From positions 13,896 through 77,895 of the IMG/VR virus record IMGVR_UViG_3300047445_000406: a stretch of 64,000 nucleotides of DNA; one strand, written 5' to 3'. The translations under genes were made by a program, and so were the position numbers. Shown here one piece after another: positions 18,183 through 28,140 of the stretch (positions are counted from its first letter, which is position 1; each line of letters starts with the position of its first letter). The notes below the pieces were generated by a model. That model made no database searches and was not told the origin of the DNA. It was given only the letters and a program-made list of their open reading frames with translations. Origin of the DNA: a virus.

Positions 18183-18521
18183 ATGTCCGAAACGCTGCAC
18201 AAAAAGGCCGTCGACAAGGCCATCAAATTCCTGCAGGCTGCAGGTGCCAATTACATGATCGAATTCGGCGGTGAGAAATTCACCAACCGCAAGAGCCGTC
18301 CCGATTACAAGAGCGTCTACGGCCCGCTGCTGGACCAGGCCGAGAAAGATGGCCAGACCACGGTCACCATCCAGGTACCGGCTGAATTCGAGCTGGAAGC
18401 CTTCCGCTCCGCCGTGGCCGGCACGCTGTCGCAACGCTTTGGTCCGGACAGCTCGATGTCCGAAATCAACAAGGAAGCCCACACCGTCACGGTGCTGTGG
18501 ATTCAGGATAACCAAGGTTAA
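18183..18521 (+). CDS. Hypothetical protein
   Basis: RBS AAGGAG. Confidence 0.65.
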   Translation: MSETLHKKAVDKAIKFLQAAGANYMIEFGGEKFTNRKSRPDYKSVYGPLLDQAEKDGQTTVTIQVPAEFELEAFRSAVAGTLSQRFGPDSSMSEINKEAHTVTVLWIQDNQG

Positions 18522-18524
18522 ACC

Positions 18525-18812
18525 ATGAACATTACACCAGAGTCTCCGGTGATTTTCCACTCGGAAGTCGATGGCACCAAATGCCAGATCAAAGTGACCT
18601 GGTACATCCCCGCAGTACCGGCCACCGGATTGAGTGGACCCATGGAAGATGCCTGTCCGATGGAGACTTCGGAATTCGAGTTCGAGGTGATCGGGGAACA
18701 CCGGTTGGAAACCGATCATTTGAACGGCGTCGTCACGCGTGCTGATGAAGACCGTATCTTCAATGAATTCGAGGCCTACCTCCTCGCCCTCAAACACGAC
18801 AAGGATTTCTGA
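18525..18812 (+). CDS. Hypothetical protein
   Basis: Operon packing; acidic. Confidence 0.6.
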   Translation: MNITPESPVIFHSEVDGTKCQIKVTWYIPAVPATGLSGPMEDACPMETSEFEFEVIGEHRLETDHLNGVVTRADEDRIFNEFEAYLLALKHDKDF

Positions 18813-18814
18813 CC

Positions 18815-21259
18815 ATGCAAGTCACCCACGTAAACGACCATGTTACCCACGCCGTGATTGGCGGCGCCCAGACCATCGACTTCGGCATCAGCAACAGTGC
18901 CGAGTTCTTCAACATTCTGTCCTCCACCCTGTACAAGGACCAGAAACTGGCGGTGATCCGCGAAGGCCTGTGCAATGCGTGGGACGCCCATATCGAAGCC
19001 GGCTGCACCCATCTGCCGATTGAAGTCATCGTGGATGACACCAAGCTGGTGATCAAGGACTTTGGCCGCGGCATCCACCGTGATGACATCGGCCTGATCT
19101 ACGGCACCTATGGCAACTCGACCAAGAAGAACGATGGCAAGCAGACCGGTGGCTTCGGCCTGGGCTGCAAATCGCCGTTTGCCTACACCGACCACTTCGA
19201 GGTTATCAGCTGCAATGCCGGCGTGAAGACCATCTACAATATGAGCAAGTCGTCGGCCCAGGTGCAAGGCAAGCCAGGGATCATCCCGATCGCCTCCTTC
19301 CCGACCGAAGAAAACGGCCTGCAGGTGACTATTCACCTGAAGACACCCGGCGACAGCATTGCCTTCAAGAACCTGATCCAGCGTATCGCCCGCAACGGCG
19401 ACATGAACGTCAAGCTCAATGGCGAGCTGCTGGAGAAGCTGGAATTCGATACCAGCAAAGCCAACTACATGATTACCTCGGAAAGTAATCTGGTAGGCAT
19501 TTCCTCGCACCGCATCATGGTCCGTTACGGCAACGTGATCTACCCGGTGGAGAAAGCCGGTGAGATCGGCCAGGGGTATGAGAAAGTGATGCAACACCTG
19601 GATGATCTGCGTGGCTACCATCAGTACAACATCGTGTTCCAGGCACCGCCGAACAGCATCTCGGTGCAGCCTTCCCGTGAAGGCCTGTCGATGCAGGAAC
19701 ACACCATCAAGACGCTCAATTCCCTGTTCAATGGCTTCCTGTCCATGCTGAAAAAGGAATTCCAGGGCGAGTGCCACCAGTACGCCGAGAACGTGGTGAT
19801 CGAAGCGGTACAGCAACGCCGTGTCGCCGACCTGTTGAAACGTCAAGCCGTGCTGCCGGCCAAGGAATCCACCTTCTATCCAGCCCTGATCAACGATCTG
19901 GGTACCATGGCCAAACGCTATATGCAGCAGCACTATCCGGCCGGAGCAGACTTCCGCCGCAAGGACATCACCTTCCGCTTAAACCAGATGGTGCAAGCCA
20001 GTCTCCTGGACCGTGGCCTGGTGCAATCCTTCCTGCGCGAGATGCAGGAACTGGACGATAAGCTGCTGTTGTCCAAGACCCGTACCAGCTGGCTGCAGAA
20101 GCGGGTAATCGCGCCGATCCTGGTCAAGATGATGAAGGCCGGCATTGACCATCATCGTCTGTTTGCCCTGGACAGTGATGACTTCAACGCCCCGGATACC
20201 TGGCGCCGCAGTGCTACCCAACCCCTGGTGCGTGCCGATGCCATCAGTCCTCCTGGCTTGCTGGGTTGCCTGCCTTATCTGCGCAACATGGTGGTGGTCA
20301 CTCACAAGCTGAGCAACCTGAATGAACGGGTGGGACGGCATGACACCTACAAGTCCATGGGCGGCTATGGTGGCTACCTGCTGTATAACACTTCCCTGAA
20401 ACAGGTCGACAAGGACAAGGCACTGGCCTTCTTCAAAGGCCTGGGCATGACCGTCATCGACCTGACGCAGCGCCAGTCCTGGGAACCGGAGCCGGTGGTC
20501 AACACTGCGCCGCGCAAGCCACCGAAGGTGGGCTTGCCGGTGCTGTCGTGCATCCAGGATGAGAAGACTGGCCATGTCGATACCAACTGGTCCAAGCTGG
20601 AAGACGCCAAGCGCATTACTGCGCCGGAGTTCGTGGTCCAGCTGTCGATCCGCAAGGACACCATGTCTGACCGCTTCGAGCCCTTCAACGACAAGGATGT
20701 GCTCAACATCCTCAAGCTGTATGGCGACAAGGGTGGCATCGTGCACAACAGCACGTTGCATGCCAAGTGGATCAAACAGGGTGCCAAGGACTTCCGGGCA
20801 TACGTCGAGGAACAACTGGCCGGCGTGATGATGAACAGTCCGCGCATTGCGGAATACATGCGCTTCAACCGCCATGTGGTGCTGGACAATTCACCGTGGT
20901 ACAGCAGCAATTCCAACTACCAACTGGTCAGCCTGGTTTACCGGACCAAGGAATTGCGTGACCTGTTCGGCCTGGTGAACAACCTGACCGAAACGGAACA
21001 GATGCAGGTGAATCTGTATCACCGCATCCTGCATCTGGACCGTCATCGCCTGTCCGTCAAAATGCAGGACTGCGTCAAGCACTTCAAGTCGGTCAAACTG
21101 GATCCGAAGAACCAGGCCATGCTGGATAAGATCGCCCGCAATCCGCTGATCGAGATCATCGACGTGGAAAAGCTGCGCGATACCTTCAAGCCTGATCAAA
21201 TCCAAACCCCGGCAGCCCAGACAGCATTGAAAGTGCTGCTGACAGTGCTGTCCCATTAA
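18815..21259 (+). CDS. rIIA: RIIA-like protein (GHKL ATPase N-terminus)
   Basis: LSSTLY..., CNAWDAH, IKDFGRGI and GGFGLGCKSPFAYTD. Confidence 0.9.
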   Translation: MQVTHVNDHVTHAVIGGAQTIDFGISNSAEFFNILSSTLYKDQKLAVIREGLCNAWDAHIEAGCTHLPIEVIVDDTKLVIKDFGRGIHRDDIGLIYGTYGNSTKKNDGKQTGGFGLGCKSPFAYTDHFEVISCNAGVKTIYNMSKSSAQVQGKPGIIPIASFPTEENGLQVTIHLKTPGDSIAFKNLIQRIARNGDMNVKLNGELLEKLEFDTSKANYMITSESNLVGISSHRIMVRYGNVIYPVEKAGEIGQGYEKVMQHLDDLRGYHQYNIVFQAPPNSISVQPSREGLSMQEHTIKTLNSLFNGFLSMLKKEFQGECHQYAENVVIEAVQQRRVADLLKRQAVLPAKESTFYPALINDLGTMAKRYMQQHYPAGADFRRKDITFRLNQMVQASLLDRGLVQSFLREMQELDDKLLLSKTRTSWLQKRVIAPILVKMMKAGIDHHRLFALDSDDFNAPDTWRRSATQPLVRADAISPPGLLGCLPYLRNMVVVTHKLSNLNERVGRHDTYKSMGGYGGYLLYNTSLKQVDKDKALAFFKGLGMTVIDLTQRQSWEPEPVVNTAPRKPPKVGLPVLSCIQDEKTGHVDTNWSKLEDAKRITAPEFVVQLSIRKDTMSDRFEPFNDKDVLNILKLYGDKGGIVHNSTLHAKWIKQGAKDFRAYVEEQLAGVMMNSPRIAEYMRFNRHVVLDNSPWYSSNSNYQLVSLVYRTKELRDLFGLVNNLTETEQMQVNLYHRILHLDRHRLSVKMQDCVKHFKSVKLDPKNQAMLDKIARNPLIEIIDVEKLRDTFKPDQIQTPAAQTALKVLLTVLSH

Positions 21260-21285
21260 ATTAAACCACCTCCTGAAAGCACATC

Positions 21286-23418
21286 ATGAGCAAACCAACG
21301 ACCCGCATTGTTGCGGCCGTAGTGGATACCCGCAACCTGAAGCTGTACACCGCACTGGGCGAAACCATCCTGATCGAGCAAGGCGATCCCCGCCTGCGTA
21401 AGATCCTGGAAGCGGCCACCCCCCAGCTGGTGAAACAAGGCTACGCCGATGTCGTCATTGAAGAGGGCGAGAACAGCTACGCCGAGTTCGAGCAGCAGGG
21501 ATCCGGCGCCGTCCGCTTTTTTCGCATCGCCAAAGACAAGCTGAGCAAGTTCTTCAGCGACAAGGCAGCACAGGTACCGGACACCAGCCCGGTCATGGAA
21601 ATGTCGATTGGTAAGGTGCCTGTCCCGGCACCACGCCATCCGTCAGACACCGGCATCATCATGGGTACCACGGCAGAATTGCCAGTGGAACCCAGCCAGG
21701 CAATTCCTGCCCAGTTGATTGCTGATGCTGCCGAAGCCATCGAGCGATTCGGTGATGACGAGCTGGAACGTTTCCGCGATCAGCAGGAAGCTGCTGAAGC
21801 CACTGAGCTGTCCCAGGAACTGTCGACGCTGGAAACGGAAGCAGAGCAGGTGGCCGAGCTGAACAAGGTGGAAGCGGATGCCGACACGGCTCGTGCCATG
21901 GCCGCGGTCAACGAGATCCTGGCCCATGCCACGCCGGTGTCGTCGGCCGAGTTCCATGAACGCGGTATCGCCAAGCAGGGCAATATCCGTGACACCAACG
22001 GCCAGACGGACAAGCAGCGTGACGATGCCGAGAAGGACAACGCGCCTTCGACCATCATCGCGGTGGTGGACGGTACCACCATCATCCCCGGCATGGAACG
22101 CATCAAGACCCAGTTCGGCCGGGCCGCCAAGATGGGCTCGACCCAGGGTGCAGAAAACTTCCTGCGACGCCTGGGTTCGGTCATCGAACAACGCAGCCAC
22201 AGTGTGGAAGACCTGCTGAAGTTCATGGAGCGTGCCGATACACCGATCGCTGATGATGGCTCGATCATCATCTACAAGGTGCTCAAGCGTAAGGGTGGCC
22301 GTGACAGCGGCAAGTTTGTCGACTGCCATACCAAGCTGGTGGAACAGTGGACCGGTGCCTATGTGTGCATGGATCCATCGCTGGTGGACCACGTGCGCAG
22401 CAATGAGTGCTCGAACGGCCTGCATGTGGCCCGTCGTGGCTACCTGCGTGAGTTCAGTGGTGATGTCTGCGTGCTGGCCAAGCTGGCGCCGGAAGACGTG
22501 ATCACCGTTCCGTCCTATGACGCCAACAAGATGCGGGTCTGTGGCTACCACATCCTGGTGGAACTGTCGGACAAGCAATATCAACTGGTGCGCAACAACA
22601 GGCCGCTCACCGATGACGAAGAAGGCAAGCGTCTGTTGGCAGCGGTCATCGCCGGCAAGCATGTGCGCCGCACCCACGAAGTCCGTATTGGCGGCCATCA
22701 AGGCACCAACGTCACGGTCAAGGAGCTGTCCGAACAGGAAGCACCGAAACCAGTAAAGACAGCCGATGCGCCAAAGGAAGTGGTGGCCCTGGAAGATCCG
22801 CAGAAAGAGGCGGAAGATAAGCCAGTGGATCCCAAGGCCGTGGTCAAGCAGGTCGACGCCGTGTCCAGGAAAGACCAAGCAGCCAAGTTGTACCTGGAAT
22901 GGAAGGCAACTTTGGGTACTGACTTCCATGCTAGTACGGCTGACCGCTTGCGCCAGTTCAAACGTGAGTCCAAAGTCAGCTGGGAGAAGCTGGGCATCAC
23001 CGATCCGGAGTTCACCGGCAAAGTGAAACCTGAGCAACTGCTGAAAGGTAAGAACTACGCCAAGAAAAAAGCCAAGATTGAGAAGATCGCAAAAGCTGTG
23101 GCGAAAAAGGCTGCTAAAGTCACAATCCCAACCAACACCAAGGAGAAGACTGTGAACATCGAAACCGCTGACACCCCTGCTTCTATCTCTACCACTGTCT
23201 CGCAACCGGCCAAGTTCCCAACCATCACCGAAATCACCGTGTCCACCGAATCGGCCCGTGTCCGCATCAGTCAACTGCGTGCCATTGGCCTGGCTTCCAC
23301 CGGTGTGCCGGAAGCGATCTACAAGATCAAGCAGCAATCGAAGAAGTCCTGGTCCACCCTGGGCGTCTCCGAAGCAGAAGCTGCTGACATCATGCAGCGG
23401 GCCGGCGTCACCAAGTAA
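21286..23418 (+). CDS. rIIB: RIIB-like protein
   Basis: DGSIIIYK, ECSNGLHV, PEDVITVP and KMRVCGY; adjacent to rIIA; two C-terminal KxSWxxLG repeats. Confidence 0.88.
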   Translation: MSKPTTRIVAAVVDTRNLKLYTALGETILIEQGDPRLRKILEAATPQLVKQGYADVVIEEGENSYAEFEQQGSGAVRFFRIAKDKLSKFFSDKAAQVPDTSPVMEMSIGKVPVPAPRHPSDTGIIMGTTAELPVEPSQAIPAQLIADAAEAIERFGDDELERFRDQQEAAEATELSQELSTLETEAEQVAELNKVEADADTARAMAAVNEILAHATPVSSAEFHERGIAKQGNIRDTNGQTDKQRDDAEKDNAPSTIIAVVDGTTIIPGMERIKTQFGRAAKMGSTQGAENFLRRLGSVIEQRSHSVEDLLKFMERADTPIADDGSIIIYKVLKRKGGRDSGKFVDCHTKLVEQWTGAYVCMDPSLVDHVRSNECSNGLHVARRGYLREFSGDVCVLAKLAPEDVITVPSYDANKMRVCGYHILVELSDKQYQLVRNNRPLTDDEEGKRLLAAVIAGKHVRRTHEVRIGGHQGTNVTVKELSEQEAPKPVKTADAPKEVVALEDPQKEAEDKPVDPKAVVKQVDAVSRKDQAAKLYLEWKATLGTDFHASTADRLRQFKRESKVSWEKLGITDPEFTGKVKPEQLLKGKNYAKKKAKIEKIAKAVAKKAAKVTIPTNTKEKTVNIETADTPASISTTVSQPAKFPTITEITVSTESARVRISQLRAIGLASTGVPEAIYKIKQQSKKSWSTLGVSEAEAADIMQRAGVTK

Positions 23419-23441
23419 TCCCACCGTAAAGGAATTTCTTT

Positions 23442-23984
23442 ATGTCTGACCTCAGTGAACTGAATCAGCTCAAACGCCGTCTGGAAGAGGGCGTCATTGT
23501 CGTCCCCTTCTGCACGTGCTGGCTGTTCACCGAGGCAGGCAGGGAAAACCGCAACGGTTACAGCCGGCTGTGGTGGAAGGGCAAGGAACGGATGGCGCAC
23601 ATCCTGTCCTATGAAGCGCATGTCGGCCCGGTACCCTCTGGCTTGCTGGTGGACCACCGCTGCCGCATGCGCTGCTGTATCAACCCCGACCACCTGGAGC
23701 CCGTGACGCCACGGGTCAACACCCTGCGCGGTGAAACCCTGTTGTTCGGTCACGGGCGCTGCCCCGTCACCGGCCAAGCCAAGGAGAAAATCCATGTCCT
23801 CCCCCATACTACACATCCACGCGCCCAAGGCCTCCTACATTGGGCAGGTCCGCAAGAAGGGCTTCAAGCTGTGGAAGACCGTGACACCTTCCATGACCTC
23901 ATCCGAATCGGCTTTGAGGCGCCTGGCCACGAAGCTGGGCAACTACGACTACGGCCGTATCGTTATGAGCCAGGAGTTCTATGA
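23442..23984 (+). CDS. HNH homing endonuclease
   Basis: CWLF...GYSR...AHILSY...DHRCRMRCCINPDHLEPVT..N. Confidence 0.85.
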   Translation: MSDLSELNQLKRRLEEGVIVVPFCTCWLFTEAGRENRNGYSRLWWKGKERMAHILSYEAHVGPVPSGLLVDHRCRMRCCINPDHLEPVTPRVNTLRGETLLFGHGRCPVTGQAKEKIHVLPHTTHPRAQGLLHWAGPQEGLQAVEDRDTFHDLIRIGFEAPGHEAGQLRLRPYRYEPGVL

Positions 23985-24018
23985 TCCGGTGGTGGTCTGG
24001 GAACTGAAGAAACCCTGA
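23794..24018 (+). CDS. Hypothetical protein overlapping the HNH tail
   Basis: ATG at 23794 with RBS AAGGAG. Confidence 0.55.
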   Translation: MSSPILHIHAPKASYIGQVRKKGFKLWKTVTPSMTSSESALRRLATKLGNYDYGRIVMSQEFYDPVVVWELKKP

Positions 24019-24028
24019 AAGGATAATT

Positions 24029-25015
24029 ATGCCCACTACCGAAAACCAGACTACCCAAGGCAAAGCAGAGAGTATTGATACTGTCGATTTCCGTGCACTA
24101 TTAGCAGATGTTGTGGAGCATTACTATTACCCGAAGGGTAAAGAAGTAACGAATGCTCTCATCACCCGCATCGAAGCCTGGGGAGAACAGCAGCATGCCA
24201 TTGGCCTTGTAGAAGGACAGATGCTGGCCAGGAAAGATGTGGCGCACTATCACGCAGTGGCCCAGAAAGCCAAAGACGGATTGGCGAATTGGGAGCGGAT
24301 TATTGAAACAGCTATGGCGCTGGACTACGCCAATCGAGCCATGAAAGCTGAAGCCGAACTCAAGGCCATCGCCGAAAGGCAAGCAGATAGGCTGTCGAAG
24401 CTGCAGCGTTACATTCAGTCGCCGATGCTGAATATACGAGCAGAAACAGAAGGCCCGCTGGTGTTTTTCTCCGATGTTCAGGCCATTCTCTCGCCCGCAC
24501 AGCAAGAGCCAGCAAAGTTCCCGCCCTTGGAATTCTCGCACGATGTGTTGGGCAACAAGGTAGCGGCCAGCGCCACCGATGCAGGGCAAGATGAAAGGTC
24601 AGCGATGCTGGCGCAGATGGAAAAGGATTCGGCATTTATCGACGAAGCGCACCATGGCATCACCAACGGCATTTCTATGCCCGACAAGTACCGCGAGCGC
24701 GCCACCCCAGCGCAAGCCACGCCAGATGGTGGGCATCCATCCGTTACCAAGCTGTGGAAGAAGTGGATGGTTAAGGAAGGGTTTATCGAAAATCAGCTTG
24801 ACTCTGACACTGGCTTCGACTCATCCATCCAGCAAATGCGTCAATGCTATTTGGATGCCTATGCAGCTGGAGCGGCGAGTCTGCAACGCGCTAACCATGC
24901 GATAAGCGATGAGCTGGCCACCTACAAGGCGATGATCGATCTGTATGGTACGCAGCAGTTGGAAGATGCGATCGCTGCTGCCCTTGAAGCAAACCAGCAG
25001 GCAAAGAAACCTTGA
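24029..25015 (+). CDS. Hypothetical mosaic protein
   Basis: 328 aa; RBS AAGGA; lower GC and atypical codons. Confidence 0.6.
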   Translation: MPTTENQTTQGKAESIDTVDFRALLADVVEHYYYPKGKEVTNALITRIEAWGEQQHAIGLVEGQMLARKDVAHYHAVAQKAKDGLANWERIIETAMALDYANRAMKAEAELKAIAERQADRLSKLQRYIQSPMLNIRAETEGPLVFFSDVQAILSPAQQEPAKFPPLEFSHDVLGNKVAASATDAGQDERSAMLAQMEKDSAFIDEAHHGITNGISMPDKYRERATPAQATPDGGHPSVTKLWKKWMVKEGFIENQLDSDTGFDSSIQQMRQCYLDAYAAGAASLQRANHAISDELATYKAMIDLYGTQQLEDAIAAALEANQQAKKP

Positions 25016-25025
25016 AAGGAGTGTC

Positions 25026-25541
25026 ATGGATCTCTCACGTGATACCTATGTGCGTTACGTGTGCCCGGACTGCGGCACTGGGGGTTCCCACCCCCAGGCC
25101 TTGCCGGCCCCACTTTGCCACCTGTGCAACTACAAGGTGACGATGGTACGGGAACAAGTTACCATCGGGACTTTCTCACCACCCCGAAAGGAAACGCGCA
25201 TGATCTCTCCCACTCCTGGCCGTGTCGTCTGGGTCTACCATGCTGGTGGCTCATCCTTTGTCCTGCCGGATGATGGCCAGCCATGTGCCGGCATCGTGGC
25301 CCGTGTCTGGCATGACCGCATGGTCAACCTGGCCGTATTCGATGCCAATGGCCAGTCCTTCCCCATGACCTCGGTGATCCTGGTACAAGAAGGCGACACC
25401 GCCCCTGAACACGGGGTCTACGCCACCTGGATGCCATACCAGGTTGGACAAGCCAAGAAACACGCTGCAGAAGACGCTGTAAAAATCCTGGGCAGTGCTG
25501 ATGGTGTGGTGAAAGCCGACCAGACCGGCATCTACAAATAG
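25026..25541 (+). CDS. Zn-ribbon plus conserved phage domain protein (second start at 25200)
   Basis: CPDC...CHLC followed by PTPGRVVW...VNLAVFDANG...WMPYQ; both ATGs have an RBS. Confidence 0.65.
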   Translation: MDLSRDTYVRYVCPDCGTGGSHPQALPAPLCHLCNYKVTMVREQVTIGTFSPPRKETRMISPTPGRVVWVYHAGGSSFVLPDDGQPCAGIVARVWHDRMVNLAVFDANGQSFPMTSVILVQEGDTAPEHGVYATWMPYQVGQAKKHAAEDAVKILGSADGVVKADQTGIYK

Positions 25542-25560
25542 CTTTAAACACCCTCCAAAC

Positions 25561-25633
25561 GCTCCAGCTAGGCTTTTCTCCTCATGGCTGGAGCTTTCCC
25601 CCTCCCCATAACAAAAAACGCCCCGTAGGGCGT
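25561..25633. terminator. Back-to-back terminators at a convergent junction
   Basis: Plus-strand hairpin GCTCCAGCTA/TGGCTGGAGC-TTT; minus-strand AAAAAA-CGCCC-CGTA-GGGCG. Confidence 0.65.
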
Positions 25634-25658
25634 CTCCTGTAGATCCGATCACCCCCTT

Positions 25659-26216
25659 TCAACTGGCCGGCGGCGTGTATGTCTTTACTGGCCCGATGTA
25701 GCCGTGCTCAACGGCCCATTGCTGGACGGCGCGGAGGATTTCAAGGTAGCCGTCGGCTTCGTCGGCGGAATCTTGAAGGTCTTCATCAACCTGTTGCGGA
25801 AGTGCGATCGTGGCGGCAAGGGTGTCGCCAGATCGGCCGGTGCCTGTGGCGTCGGCTTCTGCGGCAAGGTTACTACGTCCGGCACAGGCGGCGGCGTCGA
25901 TGCGCAGCCCGCCATTAGCAGTGATAAGACGACGATTATCAGCGCGGGCAGTAGCAAGTTCTGCCTTGGCGGTAACAAGTGCTTCATTGGCTTTCCTTTC
26001 GATTTCATTGTCCTGCTTGACGACGGCGACCACTTCGCCGGTGTGGGCAATGGCCGTCCTGGCCACATTGGAGACACGCTGGTTTTCACGGGTCTGCCAA
26101 CGGCCCTTCTCCAGGTCGGACCCCACCTGCTCGCCATAGGCATAGCAGCCCAGGCAAACCAGGATGAAGGCGATGATGCCGCCCAAGGCAGCAATCAGCT
26201 TGGCTTGAATGCTCAT
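25659..26216 (-). CDS. Inner-membrane spanin (Rz-like)
   Basis: N-terminal TM helix, coiled coil, GGLRI motif; directly follows the endolysin. Confidence 0.85.
   Translation of the reverse strand: MSIQAKLIAALGGIIAFILVCLGCYAYGEQVGSDLEKGRWQTRENQRVSNVARTAIAHTGEVVAVVKQDNEIERKANEALVTAKAELATARADNRRLITANGGLRIDAAACAGRSNLAAEADATGTGRSGDTLAATIALPQQVDEDLQDSADEADGYLEILRAVQQWAVEHGYIGPVKTYTPPAS
25685..25987 (-). CDS. Outer-membrane lipoprotein spanin (Rz1-like), embedded in Rz
   Basis: Alternative frame inside Rz; RBS AAGGA; signal peptide with lipobox LMAG-C; Pro-rich. Confidence 0.8.
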   Translation of the reverse strand: MKHLLPPRQNLLLPALIIVVLSLLMAGCASTPPPVPDVVTLPQKPTPQAPADLATPLPPRSHFRNRLMKTFKIPPTKPTATLKSSAPSSNGPLSTATSGQ

Positions 26217-26854
26217 GCTTGGAAGACCTCCCTGCACAGTTTGGTTTTGGCGACACGCTTGGCAAAGCCTTCAGCGTCCCCCTGCTTCTTGGTTTGGCGG
26301 CCGATGTTGACCATGTCGCTGATGGCATCGATGTTGCCGAAGTCCGCCAGGCGGTTGCCGCCGTGCTTCCACCAGAACCAGCAAGCCGATTCAGCCGCCC
26401 CTTCCGGGGTGGCCAGGTAATCACCGATGCCCTCCAGTGGGCGGTCCACCGCATCGGCAAAGGCAGCCTGGTTATCCCGCCCGGTAAGCTGAATCCAGCC
26501 GGCACCGCGGTGCAGCCAGCCATCATCGGTACCCTGGCCGCGGTTGCCCATGCGGTCGCCATACACATAGTTGGCCAGCTTTTGCGGCTGCCGTTCGTAC
26601 TGGCGGGCGATCTCTATGGAGGGGAAGCGGAAAGGCCAGACTTGCAGCAGGCGCTCGGCCCGGTAGTTCATGCCTTCGCGGAAGGCGGTCAGGTCATCGG
26701 ACTCCACCAGCAGCTGGCCCATGAAACAAGCCAGACGGGTAGGGGTGTCGATGCCATACAGGTCCAGGTAGCGGTTCAGGATGGTTGCGTAAGACGCAGC
26801 CTTGTTGCCAACCAGAGGAGCAATCCTGCTTAAGGCTTCAGGAGTGACGTTCAA
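26213..26854 (-). CDS. Endolysin, glycoside hydrolase family 19
   Basis: RLACFMGQLLVES, ANYVYGDRMGN, DGWxHRGAGWIQLTGRDN and SACWFW. Confidence 0.9.
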   Translation of the reverse strand: MNVTPEALSRIAPLVGNKAASYATILNRYLDLYGIDTPTRLACFMGQLLVESDDLTAFREGMNYRAERLLQVWPFRFPSIEIARQYERQPQKLANYVYGDRMGNRGQGTDDGWLHRGAGWIQLTGRDNQAAFADAVDRPLEGIGDYLATPEGAAESACWFWWKHGGNRLADFGNIDAISDMVNIGRQTKKQGDAEGFAKRVAKTKLCREVFQA

Positions 26855-27156
26855 CGTGACCTCCGTTCGTTGGGGATGTTGGTGTGGATGCGCAGGATGG
26901 TGCCAATACGGCGTTCAGCCAGCAGCAGCAAAGCCAAGCCAGCCAAGGTAATCAGGATGGTGGCCGGTGGCACGTAGCCACGCAGGATGGCCACATTCAA
27001 GCTGGCGGTGCCGACCACCATCAACCAGAAAGCCAGTCGGATTGGCAGGATGCACTGGTGCGACATCAGGTTGAGGACCGACTCGGCACGCCAGAAGATG
27101 GTCCCTGCCAGGGTAAAGCCCAGTACCTGCAGGATCAGGTTTAAGGTAAGGCTCAT
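26851..27156 (-). CDS. Membrane protein, holin or antiholin
   Basis: Three hydrophobic segments and a basic C-terminus, in the lysis cassette. Confidence 0.7.
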   Translation of the reverse strand: MSLTLNLILQVLGFTLAGTIFWRAESVLNLMSHQCILPIRLAFWLMVVGTASLNVAILRGYVPPATILITLAGLALLLLAERRIGTILRIHTNIPNERRSR

Positions 27157-27521
27157 TTGGTGTATTCCTCCACTTTCTTGGCAGCGAACTTCATGACGGC
27201 CGGACCCAGTACACGGTGCGAGGTCAGGCCGACCAATACAGCGATTGGGAGTTGCAGTGCAGAGAAAGTGATGACGCCGCGTACCGTCGAAGAGGTAGCG
27301 GCAATGGCCGTGGCCAAGGGAGCCAGGTAACCCGCCAGCAAGGCTGCCAGGGCGATCAGGGCCAGACGGCGCCAGATCGATGCAGGCGGGTTATAACTCT
27401 GCGCCCATAAGCCCCCGGCGACGCCGGCAATCAGGACAGCGGGATCCAGTCCTGTCGACACGCCGAAGAGGGTGAGTCCTGCAGCGAGTGCGGTACCGGC
27501 AGTGACGCTCGGTTCAGCCAT
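27153..27521 (-). CDS. Holin
   Basis: MAEP start with several TM segments, upstream of the endolysin. Confidence 0.72.
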   Translation of the reverse strand: MAEPSVTAGTALAAGLTLFGVSTGLDPAVLIAGVAGGLWAQSYNPPASIWRRLALIALAALLAGYLAPLATAIAATSSTVRGVITFSALQLPIAVLVGLTSHRVLGPAVMKFAAKKVEEYTK

Positions 27522-27687
27522 AATGTTTACCCCTTGTTGTTTGAAATTAACAAGTATGGTACCAGAGTAATCTTTCTCTATACAGCAATATGTCTATCAA
27601 ACCATATTACTCTGTGGTACTAAAAAGTGCTGAAAAAATGGCCCCGCAGGACCATTCTTTGAACACTTACAGACTTGGTGAAGCCAG

Positions 27688-28140
27688 TTAAGCGGCCAGC
27701 AGGATCGGACGCTCCAGCATCCACAGGTGCTGCGGCGTGATGCGCTTGGCGCCGATGCGGAACAGGTCACAGCCACCCTGCTCCAGTGCCCAGGCCACCA
27801 GCTCGCTGCAGAACCAGGACGTGTCATCCGACCAGTCGCGGTGGAAGCCGACGCCGGCCACGCCCAGCCAGTCATAGGGCTTGCCGATCTGGCTGCGCGC
27901 TGCTTCACAGGTACGCCGTTCGTCGGACTCGAACTCCACGATGGCCCAGCGCGAGGAGTCTTTCTTGAATTGATCAAGGCGGGTGTACAGCACCTCGCTC
28001 TTGCCGAACGGATGGGCCACAGCCTGGATCACATAGTCGCCATCGATGATCCCGCAATGGGACCAGGGCGACCACATGGCTGTCCGCAAGGCCACGGAGC
28101 CCAGGTTACGACGACGGGAGAAGATGACGCGGACAGTCAT
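27688..28140 (-). CDS. Permuted papain-like NlpC/P60 (YiiX/YebB-type) peptidase
   Basis: WSHCGI (His) precedes GKPYD and WFCSELV (Cys). Confidence 0.85.
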   Translation of the reverse strand: MTVRVIFSRRRNLGSVALRTAMWSPWSHCGIIDGDYVIQAVAHPFGKSEVLYTRLDQFKKDSSRWAIVEFESDERRTCEAARSQIGKPYDWLGVAGVGFHRDWSDDTSWFCSELVAWALEQGGCDLFRIGAKRITPQHLWMLERPILLAA

